Assembly: GCA_047967505.1 (NCBI GenBank)
Contig: CM106538.1
Strand: one strand, 5' to 3'
DNA length: 64,000 nt
Source of the DNA: Dipteris shenzhenensis
Lineage: Eukaryota
Positions 51,186-64,000 of the stretch are shown one piece after another. Position 1 is the stretch's first letter. Every line of letters begins with the position of its first letter. Both the position numbers and the translations under genes were made by a program. Below the pieces are notes generated by a model. It did no database searches. It was not told the DNA's origin and was given only the letters and a program-made list of their open reading frames with translations.

Positions 51186-54100
51186 GGTTCATTGAAATTT
51201 GAGGACAAATTCAACGAACAAGGACACTTATATCAATGCAAAAATTTTCTTAAAGGCCTTGAGGCAGCCAAGTCTTGACGTGGAGATCCAAGTACGAAGC
51301 AAGAAGGTGGCTCTAATACCAAGAAAAAGTGCAAAGGAGACAATGCACCACCAACCGCTCAAATACAAAAAGAACTATCTTACATAGGCTAATTCAAATC
51401 CTAGAGTTGACTAACCCACATAACCTTACCATTGTAAGTACACCTTCAAGCTGCCCAGCTGACTATCACTCTCGCTAAACAAGATTTGTCATACCCTCAG
51501 TTGGCACTTGACCTTAGTGGCTTTTATAGATGGTTCAAGCTGGAACCTAAAAGGATACACAAGATCTCACAGAGAGAGTGATCAATCTGAAGGAACGCCG
51601 CCATCTTCTCGAAAAGGCTAGTATCTTTTTCTCTTTGAAAAGGAGGAAACGGCTCCTTCATCAAGGTCTTTGGACAATTAACCACCCTCTATATTTAGAG
51701 AGTTGGTCTCTTGACTTAAACCCTGCCAAGGCTAGATATACAAGAACTCCGGTCTGGGTGGAATTATCATACTTACCATGATCACTTTGCAACCAAGCTG
51801 CCTCCCTCTGTGGAAGGCTTGGTGACATTCTAGGGGTTGAAAAAAGAATAGTATATTAACCCAAGAGGAAATCATTGGGTGTCTGTGCAATTAGATTTAG
51901 CTGAAGATAACCTAACATATTCGTTGTCCTAAACAGAAATGGTGAAGTCTTCAAGGAGCAACAATCGGTATACAAGAATTTATCAAATTCTTGCTTTTTA
52001 TGTGATCTTTGTAGCCATGTACTAAAGAATTGCCCATTGTAGTAATTTCAAAAGAAGGCAACAAGGAGGAGCTCATAAATTGGAGACCACTCACTATGCT
52101 TAACTATAGATATAAGGTTTTTGAAAAAGTTTAATCTTTAAGGATTCAAAGAAGAATGGACACTTGGATCCTAGAAGAACAAAAAGAATTCATTAGGGGG
52201 GTAGAAATCTTCTTGAAGCTATTATCAATATTTGGGAACAATGTGAGTGTGCAAAAAAACATAACATGGCATATGCATTCTCAAGGTTGACTATGATAGA
52301 GATAAAGATAGGTTGGAATGGGATTTTCTAATCCAAGCTCTGCATGACATCGAACTTGGGCCTATTTTTGTTTCTTTATCAAGCTACTACTCACAAATGC
52401 TATTGCTAACGTTTGTATCAATGAAGAAATGGCACAATCTTCTCTCCACAAAAGATCCATTAGACAAGGTTGTCTACTTGCTCCCCTCCTCTTTGCCATA
52501 GCAGTTAATGCTCAGTGCTAGCTATTAATTACATCAATGAGTGGAAAAGGTAGAATTGAAGGCATTAAACTTTCCTATGAAGGGTGCATGTTGGAGAGGG
52601 AGAGAGAGAGAGGGTAGGCTAGGGAGAGAGATAATGATACTCAAAGAGAGACATAATGAAATGGAGATGGAATAGCAAGAGCAATAAACAAAATGAAAGT
52701 ACTCACATGTAGACCAAAGAGCTTGTAGGCTTGATACTTGATTGATGTGACAAGTGACAGGTACAATTCTTATATAGAGCACACACACACACACATATGA
52801 GTACCAATGCATATGGGATAAACTCCCAATATGGCACGTGGTATCATTAGGACACACTAGAATAAAAACTCACACTAGGACTCACTAGAACAAACCAAAA
52901 CTGACTCAACTTGACTCCATTTCCTAAAACCTCTCCATGGAGGAAAGGTGAATTACTACTGAAATGAAAACAAGCATAGAACATGACAATGACAGTCATC
53001 GAACTGTGCAATGACGGTCTAGAACTAGACATGGCTCCCATGCTAACTCAGAGGCAAGTGAGCATGGCTCAGAGGCTAGTGAGCATGGTATAGACTCAGA
53101 GGCTCACGTAGCATGGCATAGAGGCTCATCATGCATGGATGCATGACCAACTCAAAGGTCTAGGAGACCAATGCACCAGCATCTTGGAACTCATATGCCA
53201 GGCCTGATAAATAGACCTATCAAAGCCAATACATCGCTCCCACAATACATCCCCCTCCTAGCTCCAGGGACTAATGAGGGACATGGAGCCACACATGACA
53301 AATATAAAATCAATACATCATTGAGAACTATCCAAGGCTGAGAACTTTTATTGACACCTCAAACATTCATTTTAGAGGGACTACTTAAGGTAGAGAACCA
53401 TTATTGACCCCAATCATAGAACCCATAAATGACCCCAAGTAGCTACTGCACATCCCAATCCGAAGAAGTATGTCGGTGAAGAATATGACGTTGATGCCCC
53501 GAATGATATGTCGATGTCGGCGTCGGCCATGGGAGCAACTACAAGGAGCAATCACATGATGACTCTCAAAATGTCGCGATGTGAGTCACCAAGATCAAAG
53601 TAGAGCCTCAAATTTGGACAATTAGGCCCAAAGGAGACAAAATGGCCAAATGAATGTACCAAATAGTAATGAAATTACATCAATTTTTGAAAATCCCCAA
53701 AAATTTCATATGTCAGAGGCTTCAATTATGCAAAAGTCAGAAAAGCCCTAAATTCTAGAAAATTAGGGTTTTCAAAAATTTAGGTATTTTTAAAATTTGT
53801 TGCATTAAAGCGTCCTAGCAACACTCGGGAGCCCTCTGATCATGAAATTCCTAAAAAATACTGAGTATTCAACCTGAAATTTCAAAACTCCACTTTTAGG
53901 TCAAAAAACGCAGTTTTGACTGTTTTTCTCAGATTTCAGCACTGGATTTGTTGTTCAGAGTGTTGTTCAGCAGCAATAGAGGTGGACGACTATAGAGATA
54001 AAGGCGGCAACTGAAAAATGGCCTCAACCAAGCCCTAAATCGTCCAAAACAACGTGACGGCTGGTACAGAGGCCACGAACTTGCTGAAAAAGGGGTCTAC

Positions 54101-54616
54101 AAGACCAACAGCTTCATCAATGGCAGCAGCTCCAAGCTTGAGTTTTTTAAAGAAGAGCAGCTCATGGAGAGGCTAAGGGTGAGAAGAGAACAAGATGGGG
54201 GAAAGGAGTGGAAGGGAGATCAATCATGGAGAATAGGATGGCTTCCATTTGCGGGCTTCCCTCATCCTCTAGATTGAGCATGGAGAAGGGAAATAGGAAA
54301 GGAGGCTCTGATACCACATGAAGGTGCATCATGGAGAGGGAGAGAGAGAGAGAGAGGGTAGGCTAGGGAGAGAGATAATGATACTCAAAGAGAGAAATAA
54401 TGAAATGCAAATGAAATAGCAAGAGCAATGAACAAAATGAAAGTACTCACATGTAGAACAAAGAGCTTATAGGCTTGATACTTGATTGTTGTGACAAGTG
54501 ACAAGTACAACTCTTATATAGAGCACACGCACACATATGAGTACCAATGCATATTTCATAACTCCCAATGTGACATGTGACACCCATAGGACACACTAGA
54601 CTAAAACTCACACTAG

Positions 54617-57600
54617 TGAGAGATCTCAACAATGGAAGCGGAACGGAAGAAGGTGAGAGAGAGGGAGAGCCTGAAGAGAGAGACACACAAGTTTTTGGTG
54701 GATGCAGAATACCCTAATCTTCTATGTCATATATATATATATGTGTTTGAGAATTGTACATAACCGGGGTTAAGGTACAGTGGCCTTTAACCACCCACAA
54801 CCTCCCACTTAAAGGCCAATGTGCCTTTAAGGGAGAACAACCAATGGATATACTATCCAATGCCCATCAATACACGACAATACTAAAACCGCTGACTAGG
54901 TAGACTCTTCGTCAGCATATCTGCAGGGTTATCATCTGTATGAACCTTGACAAGCTCTATGCGCTTGTCCTCAAGTACCTTCATGATAAAATGGTACTTG
55001 ACCTCAATGTGTTTGGTCTTTGCATGAAAGACCGGATTCTGTGCCAGCTAAATAACACTCATGGAATCACTATACAATGTTGGTACACCTGTATGAATCC
55101 CCAAATTTTCCACTAGCCGATCAAACCATATAGCCTCCTTGCAACCCTCTGTGGCTGCAACATACTCGGCCTCTGTGGTAGACAAAGCAATGCACTTCTG
55201 TGCGCGAGACATCCACGACACTGAACCTACTGCAAAGGTGAACACATAACCGAAAGTGGATCTCTTGCTATCCACATGCCCTGCATAGTCTGAATCTGTG
55301 TACCCAAGTACTCGCATCTCTCCTCTGTCAAAGCAGACACACATATCCTTGGTACCCTTCATGTACCTCATGATGCACTTAATTATCTCCCAATGCCTCT
55401 TTTCTAAATTAGCCATATACCGGCTAACAACTCCCACTGCAAATGCAATGTCTGGTCTAGTATAGCTATCATAGCATACATAAGACTCCCAACTGCTGAT
55501 GCATAAGGAACCTTGGCCATCATGGCCCTCTCCTCATCTGATTTGGGACTATCTACTTGACTCAGTTTCATATATGGAGGCAATGGAGTACTTACTGCCT
55601 TCCCCCCTTTCATATTGAAACGTTGCAACACTTTTGTAACATACTCCTTCTATGAAAGCCAAAGGAGTTTCGTACTCTGGTCACGCGTGATGTGCATAAT
55701 CTGTCCCTGGAACACATCTCTCAGGCGGTCTAGACACTCTAGATGATCTTCTCAAGGGAATTTCAACTTGCTGACCCACCTGCATATCAGCCACATTTGG
55801 CTCATCATTTCCACCAATAGATGATCTAGCATCTACCCTTGATTGTGTACCTGTGGGATTACCTGGTGGCACCATTTCCTGCACATTCGGTGCATGGACA
55901 ACTTGCTGCCTATCAACATATGCGGGTGGATTCACATCCTGAAAAGTGATTCTCCTCATTTCCACATTCCTCATGGGTGTCTTATGCATCTTCTTCTGAT
56001 TGAAGACCACATCATGGCTTCGTATGATCTTCTTTGCTTCCAGATCCTAGAGCCAATAGCCCATCTCTCCACTTTCACCATAGCCCAGAAAGATTCATTT
56101 CTTAGACTTAGGATCTAGCTTCTTCTGAAGCTCTTTTGGCAGATGTGCATATGCCTCACACCCAAATATGCGCAAATGAGACTAAGAAGTCTTCTTTCCA
56201 CTCCATGCCTCTTCAGGAATACCACCATCCAAACTCTTACTGGGTGATCTATTCATCACATGCACTGCAGTCTTCATTGCCTAAGTCCAAACACCATCAG
56301 AAAGACTTGCATTGGAAAGCATACATTGCAACCTTTCCTGAATGGTGCGGTTCATCTGTTCTCCAACTAGATTTTGTTCTGGAGTGCGAGGGGACATGAG
56401 CTTCCTATAAACTTCAGTACTCCACCAGGTGCAGAGTTACTGACAGTTGTACGGAAGGTATCCCATGAGGATGAATACAAGAGGAGTATTGCCTTAGTCT
56501 CCGCATCAAAATTCATCTTCTGAGCCTACTGGCTGAAAATAATATTGAATTCATTCAAGTGAGAGGCAATGGAGACCCCTTACTTCATCTGCAGCTCAAA
56601 CAACCTCTTCATGAGGTAAACTTTATTGAAAGCAGTTTCCTTCTCATAGGTGCCACATAATTTCATTCACAAAGTCTGCTCATTTACTACTATGAAATAG
56701 AATGACTTAGTACCTGCAAGAGAGAAATCACACCAAATACCAGATGCACCCAAATATATCTAGCTTAATGAAGGATAGTGTCACCAAAACTCAAGGCTCA
56801 AAGTATCAAAATGCATCTGACTCATATGTATATACCATGCATCCATATGAGCAAATCTGACCCAAAAGAAAATATCAAACTGCAATGACAAAACAATGGC
56901 AAACCCAATGCCAATAAGAGCCAAATGCCTCAAGCATAAACACTATCCATGGAAATAAGCATCAATAATGTCTCATCCAAGAGAGCATAGCACTATGAGT
57001 GCATCAACTGCAATGTGTCAAAGCTTTCCCTCAACATAAAATAGCATCTGTGTGCTAAACATCCATCAATAAAGCATCCCACAAGGCAATATGGGCCTAT
57101 TAGCGCATCCAAATGGCATGTAAAGCATCCACTATAGCCCAATGAATACCACAAATGAGCACATACAGCTCAGACTGCAACCAGAGTGATCTGTATAAGG
57201 TATAGCCAAAAAATCACGGCCCCATGGCAATGACCGCTAGTGAAAATAGAACCTAGAATGCCTCAAAACATGGGTGTCACTGCATAATCAAACTCAGCAA
57301 GACAATCTTCAAATATCTCTCTTCTGCTGGAACTCCAAAATTCCAACCGATGAATGCGAACTGGGGAGTCAACCCTTGCAATTGACCTATAATCCAAAAA
57401 TCAAAGATTTGAACCTTTGAATGGATTTTGGACAAAGAAATAGACGATTTGGCGCCTCAAAGAGACGGAACTTCACTAAATCTCCACGGAATCTCACTAG
57501 AGCTCGTAGGTAGGGGTTTTGGGTCTTCGGAATGCAATGGAATAGACGGTTTTGAAAACCGTGGTCCCAATCACCACGTCCAACACACGGATCAAAAACG

Positions 57601-59724
57601 TTTTTGTAAACAGACCTGCTTGTAAACACCACCAGAGTGCGAACGATGAACAACACAAAAGTTTTAGGACCTCTTAGGTCCATCGGAACTGACAGATCTA
57701 CGAATGGTTGCTTCAAACTCGAGTTCCAAGACACTGGCAGAAAAATATTGAAGCAGAGACAGTGAGTCAAAAATCCAACAAAATGATGCCAAATTCAAGA
57801 ATGAATGTGTTTTTGAACCCCCGAAGTGCAATGAACACCAAAAGCAGACAATGGTTGTCTCTACAGGTCATTCCTGACTCTTAGTATCCGAAAGGAACAG
57901 GGGAATGGGGTTGTCACAGTTGGAGATTGGTTCAGGGGAGGTGTGGAGATGTCAAAGGAGGTGATCAGAGATAGACACGGGCCACTTGGACAGATTGATG
58001 CCACCAGATTACTGATCGTGAGAGCTATGCCTCATCAGTGGAGGGATATACTCACAGATCCAGCCTATGTTCACCCCATCTCTACTTGGTCAGGTTGTTT
58101 TAGTGAGGCTGGGCTATGCATTGGAGTTCGTTTAGCGGCACCGTTTATTTATTTTGAGACGGACTCCTCTCACAGATTGTATCCCACTCAGCCCCTGGAT
58201 CGGCAGGAGCTCCTTTGGCAGAGAGTCAGGGTCATTGGTTGCCTGGGTAAGGAACGGTGGGCCACGAATCCTTCCAGGTTGACCATTGCAGAGGATACTA
58301 GATGGAGACTTTGGATTTTTCAAGGTCGACCTCTTGCGGAGCTTGATTGGGACCCAGGTGAGTGGGCATGGCCTGCTATGGTGGTAGGCGATTGTCCTCT
58401 TTCCTTTTTCCAGTACTCGACGAGGACAGGTTACAGGCTTCAACAGAGAGACTCTCATCACCTACCATCTGCCTCCTAGCATTGGCACGCACAGGGACTT
58501 ACTGCAATGCTCTTGCTGAGCTACTGGACTCACTTTTAGGGCATCAGTAGAGCTAGGAAAGTCTCCTACTTTCTTTGGCTCACTATACATAGGGGCATAC
58601 CTGTGGGTACTTGGCTTCAGCAGATGGGTAGACCCTCCTTGTGTATGCGTTGTCAGCTTGCAGAGGAATCTAGCAAGCATTGTTTATGGAGCTGCCCCAG
58701 CTCTAGAGTGGTCTGGACAGGTATCTTCAGGTTGTTCTCACATGTTACATCCGAGTCCTTTCTGATGACATGGGGCGCAGCCCTTTGGGGGAGAGGATCT
58801 GGAGCCTTTACTCTCTTTGAGTCAGAGCCAGGAGACCACGGTTTCTTCATGCAGCGTCGCCAGAGACGGAGTCCCACAGAGGCCAGCATCATGGAGCCAT
58901 AGGATTTGCTTTTGGTACCTGTATCAGCTCAGGATTCCCTGCCTACTTCAGCTGCAGGGTCAGCCAGGGAGGTGATTTCCAGCATTACCCTATGGCAGAT
59001 CTGGTGTTCGCGATGTTCTTTTGTCCTTGGGGGCCATTTATGCACAGAGGCTGACACTCTCGCTTCCATTTGGGCGGAGATTATCTTCACTCTCAGGAGT
59101 CAGTGGGAGCGGTATACAGGCACCTCTTTGGCAGCTCGTGGGAGACTTATATCCTTCATGAGGACATGGGACTGCTCATTGTTTTTTCATTTGACCCCTT
59201 TTGGGATGTCGTGGCATTTTAGACCACCACCATGGCTTTTTTGCCACATTGTTGAGGCTAGGGATAGAGTACTTTCTCTCCCACCTATTGGATGATTTGT
59301 TTTGAATGGAATATATCACTCTTTTTTCTTTTCTTTTTTTTTTAAAAATCATCAAAAAACGTCTTTTTAACTCCAAAACAACTCAGAGAACTTTCCAAAG
59401 GTTTCTGCAAGGTCTCTACACACCGAGATGTAGGTAAAGTCACTCAACGGAGCTTCTCCTTCCTCCCATAGAGCTGTAGCAGCAGACTTCGGGCTCCAAG
59501 CACACACTCGGGCTCAGCTAGAACACCCGCGCTCTTATACCAGTTGAGAGATCTCAACAATGGAAGCGGAACGGAAGAAGGTGAGAGAGGGAGAGCCAGA
59601 AGAGAGAGCCACACAAGTTTTTGGTGGGTGCTAAACACTCTGATCTTGTATGTCATCCATATATGTATGTGTTTGAGTATTGTACATAACTCGGATTAAG
59701 GTACAGTGGCCTTTAACCCCCACA
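54617..59724 (-). mobile_element. Internally deleted Copia element B inserted in the 5' LTR of element A
   Basis: LTRs 54617-54799 and 59545-59724 (TG..CA); TSD ACTAG (54612-54616, 59725-59729); PBS rc 59531-59542; PPT AAGTGGGAGG. Coding remnants VPYASAVGSLMY, GYTDSDYAG..RST.GYVF and ALSTTEAEY. Confidence 0.93.
57860..59348 (+). mobile_element. LINE ORF2 3' fragment inside Copia B
   Basis: LDWDPGEWAW; CMRCQLAEESSKHCLWSC; ITLWQIWCSRC; WHFRPPPWLF. Divergent relative of the 49681 family. Confidence 0.85.
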
Positions 59725-60088
59725 ACTAGGACTCACTAGAACAAACCAAAACTGAATAAATTTGACTCCATTTCCTAACACCCTCAGGTAAACAACTTGT
59801 CAATCAACAATTTGTTGATGGCATAATCTAACTCCTAGGAACCCAACTAAAGATCTAAATGGATTATTGGAATGCCTTAACACATTCTGCATTGCATCAA
59901 GGTCGGTTATCAATCACGTAGTCCTTTTGCACAAAGCCCAAGAAGGAAGAAGATCTGGGTGTTGTTGACATTCACTAGGCTGCTTATAAGCTCGCAGCTT
60001 CTTAGATCATAAAAGCAATTCTTAGCCCTAATTTGGTTTGGCCCCATTTATTAATGAGGAACCTTGTGTAGCTAAAACCTTTGAGAAC

Positions 60089-62788
60089 ATATATATATTT
60101 AAGCCTGAGCACACATTGAGATGATGATGATGAAGAAAGGTTAAGGCTGCTGCTCCTCCCCACTCCCTTGCTGCCCCCATCTCCTTCGGCCCCCTCCCTC
60201 GCCCTCAGCCCCTCCCCCTCCCCCTCCCCCTCCCCCTCCCTCAGCCTCTCCCTTCCTCCTCCTCTCCTCTCAGCCTGCTACTCCTTCCCCTCCTCTCCCT
60301 CTCAGCCCACCCCCTCCCCTCTCAGCCCGCTCCCCTTTCCCTGCTCCCCCACTCCCCTCACCCGCTCCTTGCCTCAGACCTCCCTCTACCCCGCTCCCTA
60401 CCCCCTGCCTCTACACCCCTCTCCTCTACCCGCTCCCTACCCCCGCCTCTACCCCCCCCCGCCTCTACCTCCCTCTCCTCTACCCCCTTCTCTCCTCTCC
60501 CGTTCAGCCCGCCCCCTCCCCTCTAAGCCCGCTCCCCCTTACTTGCTCCCCCACTCCCTGCCTCAGCCCTCCCTCTACCCCGCTCCCTACCCCCTGCCTC
60601 TACCCCCTCCCCTCTACCCGCTTCCTTCCCCCTGCCTCTACCTCCCGCTTCTACCTCCCTCCCCTCTTCTTTCCTCTCCTCTACCCCGCTCCCTCCCCCC
60701 GGCTTCAGCCCTCTCCTCTACCCCCTCTCCTCTCCCCCGCTCCCTATCCCCCCGCCTCAGCCCTCTCCTCTACCCCCCTCCTCTTCTTCCTGTCTCCCCC
60801 CTCTTCCTTCTCCCGGAGCGTTTTTGGAGCGTACGGAGCCTCAAAAGTCAAAAGTGTCCGAGTCGGCCTCCTCATCTCGATTGGAGATGGAAGCCAATCC
60901 TACTCCACCTCCACCGGCCGTGCAAACTATTTCTTTTTCTAAAGACGAGTTGCAGCAGCTCAAGAAGGACGTAGAGATTGAATGCTCTACCACGTTGCTC
61001 GCATGCATCTTCGGGTCTCACCCTTCCAGATCCCAAGCCAGAGACTGCTGGATGCTTGCAGCTCTCCCCCCATACCTCCCTACACGATTGTTAGATGTTC
61101 ATCTTCTGGGACAGTTTTTTCCAGGTTGTTTTTGACACTCCAGAGGCTGCGAGCACAGTGCTCAAAGCTGAGTTTTTACACCTAGGACACAGGAAGATCT
61201 CTTTTGACACCTGTGATATTGGTTTCGACCCAGTGGAGGCAGATAAGGAAATCTTTTCGCTCTTCATCAGATTTTCCGGGCTTCCCCAGGTATACCATCG
61301 ACTTCTTTCTATTATTGGGGAGCATTTCGACATGGTTGCTAAGATCCCACCTCTCCCTGGGTTGCCATTGACTGCAGCAGAGGCAACCAAGGCTGATGGG
61401 GTACCTAGAGTTAGGGTCCTCCATAAGGATCCGAACCTCACGATGGACCATGTTATGAACCTCACGATGGACCACGAGATTACAGGTAGGCTGGACCAGT
61501 GCAGGATATGCACGACCATTGGACACTTTGCCACGGATTTGGCCCCAGGACGAAGAAAAGGCCCATCGTACAGCTGCCGCCCCATGGCCTCAACAGAGGG
61601 GTGGCACAAGTCTAGCACCTACTCCTCGGCCTCGACAAAAGGTGGTACAGGTCCAGCACCTGCTCCTCAACCTCCACAGGGCGGTCCTCCTCAGGATGGT
61701 GGTATAGCTCCTACTCGCGAGAGTGCTCCTCCATTGAGCGCTCCTTTGGTACCGCCACCTTCTACCTCAAGTGCCTCACGACCTACAAGGGCACCCGCCG
61801 CCTACCAATGGGTTCCAGTTCATGTGCAAATTCCTCCTTCAGTTCACGAGGATACACTAGTGGACTCAGCTTCACCTCGGGCTGTCCCTCTAGTCTCACC
61901 TCACACAGTCCGAGACGCTTCAGCTTCGACCTCATTCCCGGTTGCAGCTTCTCCCCTAGAACCAGCGGTGCCAGACACTCTCCTCGAGGTAGTAGAGGTC
62001 TCCGCGGCTATGTAGACATAGGATCGAGAGGAATCCTCACTTCCTCCCTTCGATAGGGAGAAGGAAATGGTTTACACTATTGATCTTCTTCCCTCAAAAG
62101 GGATCCTTCGCACTCCGGTGTCTGGCTTGCTTCACACAAACTCATTTTCAACTCTGGCAAATGCTTCAGATTTCCCAGAGGAGGAGTTGGGGGGTAGCCA
62201 GGATTTTCAATCACTTTGCCCACTCCCCATTCTTTATGACATGAAGCTCAGTGGCTTGGCTTTCTCTTACAGAGCCTTAGGTATTCTATGAGAGACTTGA
62301 CTCCTCTCGGGCCATTTCGATTCGACGTCATCAGGTTGAGTCCTGTTCTTTGGATGTAATACCACACCTTCCTTTTGCAGCTGTACATGCCTCTATGGAT
62401 ACCTCTTGGGAGATTCTAGCGAGCATAGCAGCCTAGCATATTTGGAGAGCTAGATGCACAGAGGCATTGGAGGGAACTCAGGTTCATCCCTTGCACACAT
62501 TGGCTAGTATCTGGATAGACACCATACATACCTTGATGGCTGTATGGACGAGTATGCAAGGAGACTCCCGTGCAAGGAGGGCTTCTTTCTTCAGGGAATG
62601 GAAGGATTCTCCTTTCTTCTCTGAGACTCCTACAGGGTTGAGGTGGCACTTTCAGCCTCGGCCTTGGTTGTTTTCCACCTCACTTTGAGGGGGTTTGTTT
62701 AACCTCATGATTTCATGATGTATTCCGCTTTGAGCTTGCTCTCGCGGATTTTTTCTCTTACTTAATAGAAATCTCTTTCTTGGGGAAA
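60089..62788 (+). mobile_element. 2.7-kb internally deleted LINE (5' UTR + ORF1 + 3' end, no EN/RT) with 15-bp TSD
   Basis: TSD AAAACCTTTGAGAAC at 60074-60088 and 62789-62803. C-rich UTR 60150-60810. ORF1 from ~60887 (DUF4283-like FFQVVF, knuckle CRICTTIGH). Junction at ~62189 into the ORF2 3' end and poly-A. Confidence 0.9.
60150..60812 (+). repeat. C/T-rich low-complexity tract (LINE 5' UTR)
   Basis: Repeated CCCCTC, CTCAGCCC and CTCTACCCC motifs. Confidence 0.9.
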
Positions 62789-64000
62789 AAAACCTTTGAG
62801 AACTCCAAAGTGGAAGAGATATCCTTTGCTTTCAGCACTTTGCAACCTTGAACCCTGCTCTTCCAATGGTAGTCCCCTATGGGGAACCCCGTGGTCTTCT
62901 TTTCAAGCCATGAAAAGTCATATAATCTTTTCAAGAAAAGGAGCCTTCATGAGTATTGACTCCATTTGGGCTTCATCCACCTTCAACGAGAACACTCTTA
63001 GTGACAATGAACTTCAAGGCCAGCTTACTTAAAACAGGGTTACAAAGTTAGGGTCATTGTGGAAAAAAGAGGAGCTCAAGTGGAAAGTCTGGCCTGAAAT
63101 AAGGAGTCAGTTTGGGCTCTCTAGCCAGTAGTGATGACCTCTATGGGCTGGTAATATCCAATGGAAAGAGAGTAATTACCTAGTGTACAACAAAGAATTC
63201 CATTGAGTAGGCTCTTCTTTCTTTCTTCCCTATACCAACCTCTAAATCTGAGATTGCTCAGGTATCCAAGGTTTTGAATTGAAGATGGAAAGTTATTGAC
63301 AGTACACAGTGCTAGAAAAACGATTTCTCAAAGGTTTGGCTGAAAACCATTCTAGGTAAGATGTCTACTTTACTAAGGCTGATCCTTCACAAAGCCATTT
63401 GGACCAACTGCAAAGGGAAAGAATAGGAAAAGGGGATGGTAGATGCCTAGGTTTGGACCAACTGCAAAGCCATCTGGACCAACTGCAAAGGGAAAGAATA
63501 GGCAAATGGGATAATATGTGCAAAAGATGCCTAGGTCATAACAAGGATATCTTTGACTTGTTTGTTGCTTGCACACATGTCAAAAGAGTCTGGAAGATTG
63601 GTCATATTCAGCTAGGGGAGTTGGAAGGCCATTCTTTTGGGTGATGTCTTCAAGGTAAAGAAGGAGTACTTGAATCCAGTCATAGCTTATGCAATTTGGG
63701 ACATTTGGGTGGCTAAAAATTTGTAGTTTAATAATGTTCTTCTTAACATTGAAGAAAATTTTCTGTTGTGCATTAACGAGAAAAACAAAGACTTGTCCAA
63801 GGAGGTCCTGATTTTTACTAAGCCCATGCACAACTGCTGAAAGAGATTTAATGAGTGTTGGGGTATTTTGGAGCTCAGTTGTGGGAACTAGGCCTAGTGT
63901 GAGTATTTGAGTCCTAGTATGTGTGTCCCTAAGTGTGTGGATGTGCATGTGTCCTTAGGTGGCCACTTGCCCACTTGTGTGTATATTAGATAATGTCTCC

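Larger units (their letters stand above)
52578..59780 (-). mobile_element. Non-autonomous LTR element A (LTRs 52578-52929 and 54319-54616 + 59730-59780; 1.4-kb non-coding interior)
   Basis: Matching LTRs TGAAGG...CCATTTCCTAA(C/A)A; PBS TGGTATCAGAGC (rc 54305-54316); PPT rc at 52930. Flanks TCCTA/CCCTC match only 3/5. Confidence 0.88.
51190..63790 (+). mobile_element. Old L1-like LINE hosting nested insertions (pieces 51190-52577, 59781-60088, 62804-63790)
   Basis: ORF1 GLWTINHPLYLESW..PVWVEL plus CFLC..H..C. RT EWDFL..IRQGCLLAPLLF resumes after the insertion with LVNQQFVD and DLGVVDI. zf-RVT MCKRCLGHNKDIFDLFVAC. Confidence 0.78.

Noticed and set aside
60168-60974. 268-aa proline-rich extensin-like ORF
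   Set aside because: Translation of the C-rich LINE 5' UTR inside a TSD-bounded element.
63390-63512. Short duplications of TGGACCAACTGCAAAG
   Set aside because: Local slippage within a dead LINE.

Overview
Eukaryotic, repeat-dominated plant DNA, probably from a large-genome seed-free plant such as a fern (inferred from the TE families, the TE-filled intron and the gene content). One intact-looking host gene is present: the last two coding exons of a POLLUX/DMI1-type nuclear ion channel (minus strand, 47692-48275). Its preceding intron runs more than 15.7 kb to the window end and is filled with nested LINE, Copia and non-autonomous LTR elements, two of them with clear target-site duplications. 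About 250 bp downstream of its stop begins a decayed multi-exon gene of unknown family. The left 44 kb is mostly decayed transposons: Gypsy pol, integrase and protease remnants, a Sola-related/DUF7869-type DDE transposase, LINE fragments and a TRIM-like element. The most unusual item is a Helentron-type (HLE2) rolling-circle element with a Rep-PIF1-APE endonuclease polyprotein and, next to it, an intron-containing RPA70-like gene. A separate, oppositely oriented endonuclease C-terminus ending in a hairpin-CTTGTTT terminus lies about 13 kb away. Other notable items are an open SAP-like-domain ORF and several palindromic or hairpin repeat arrays. All identifications come from manual translation and motif recognition; no database searches were run.
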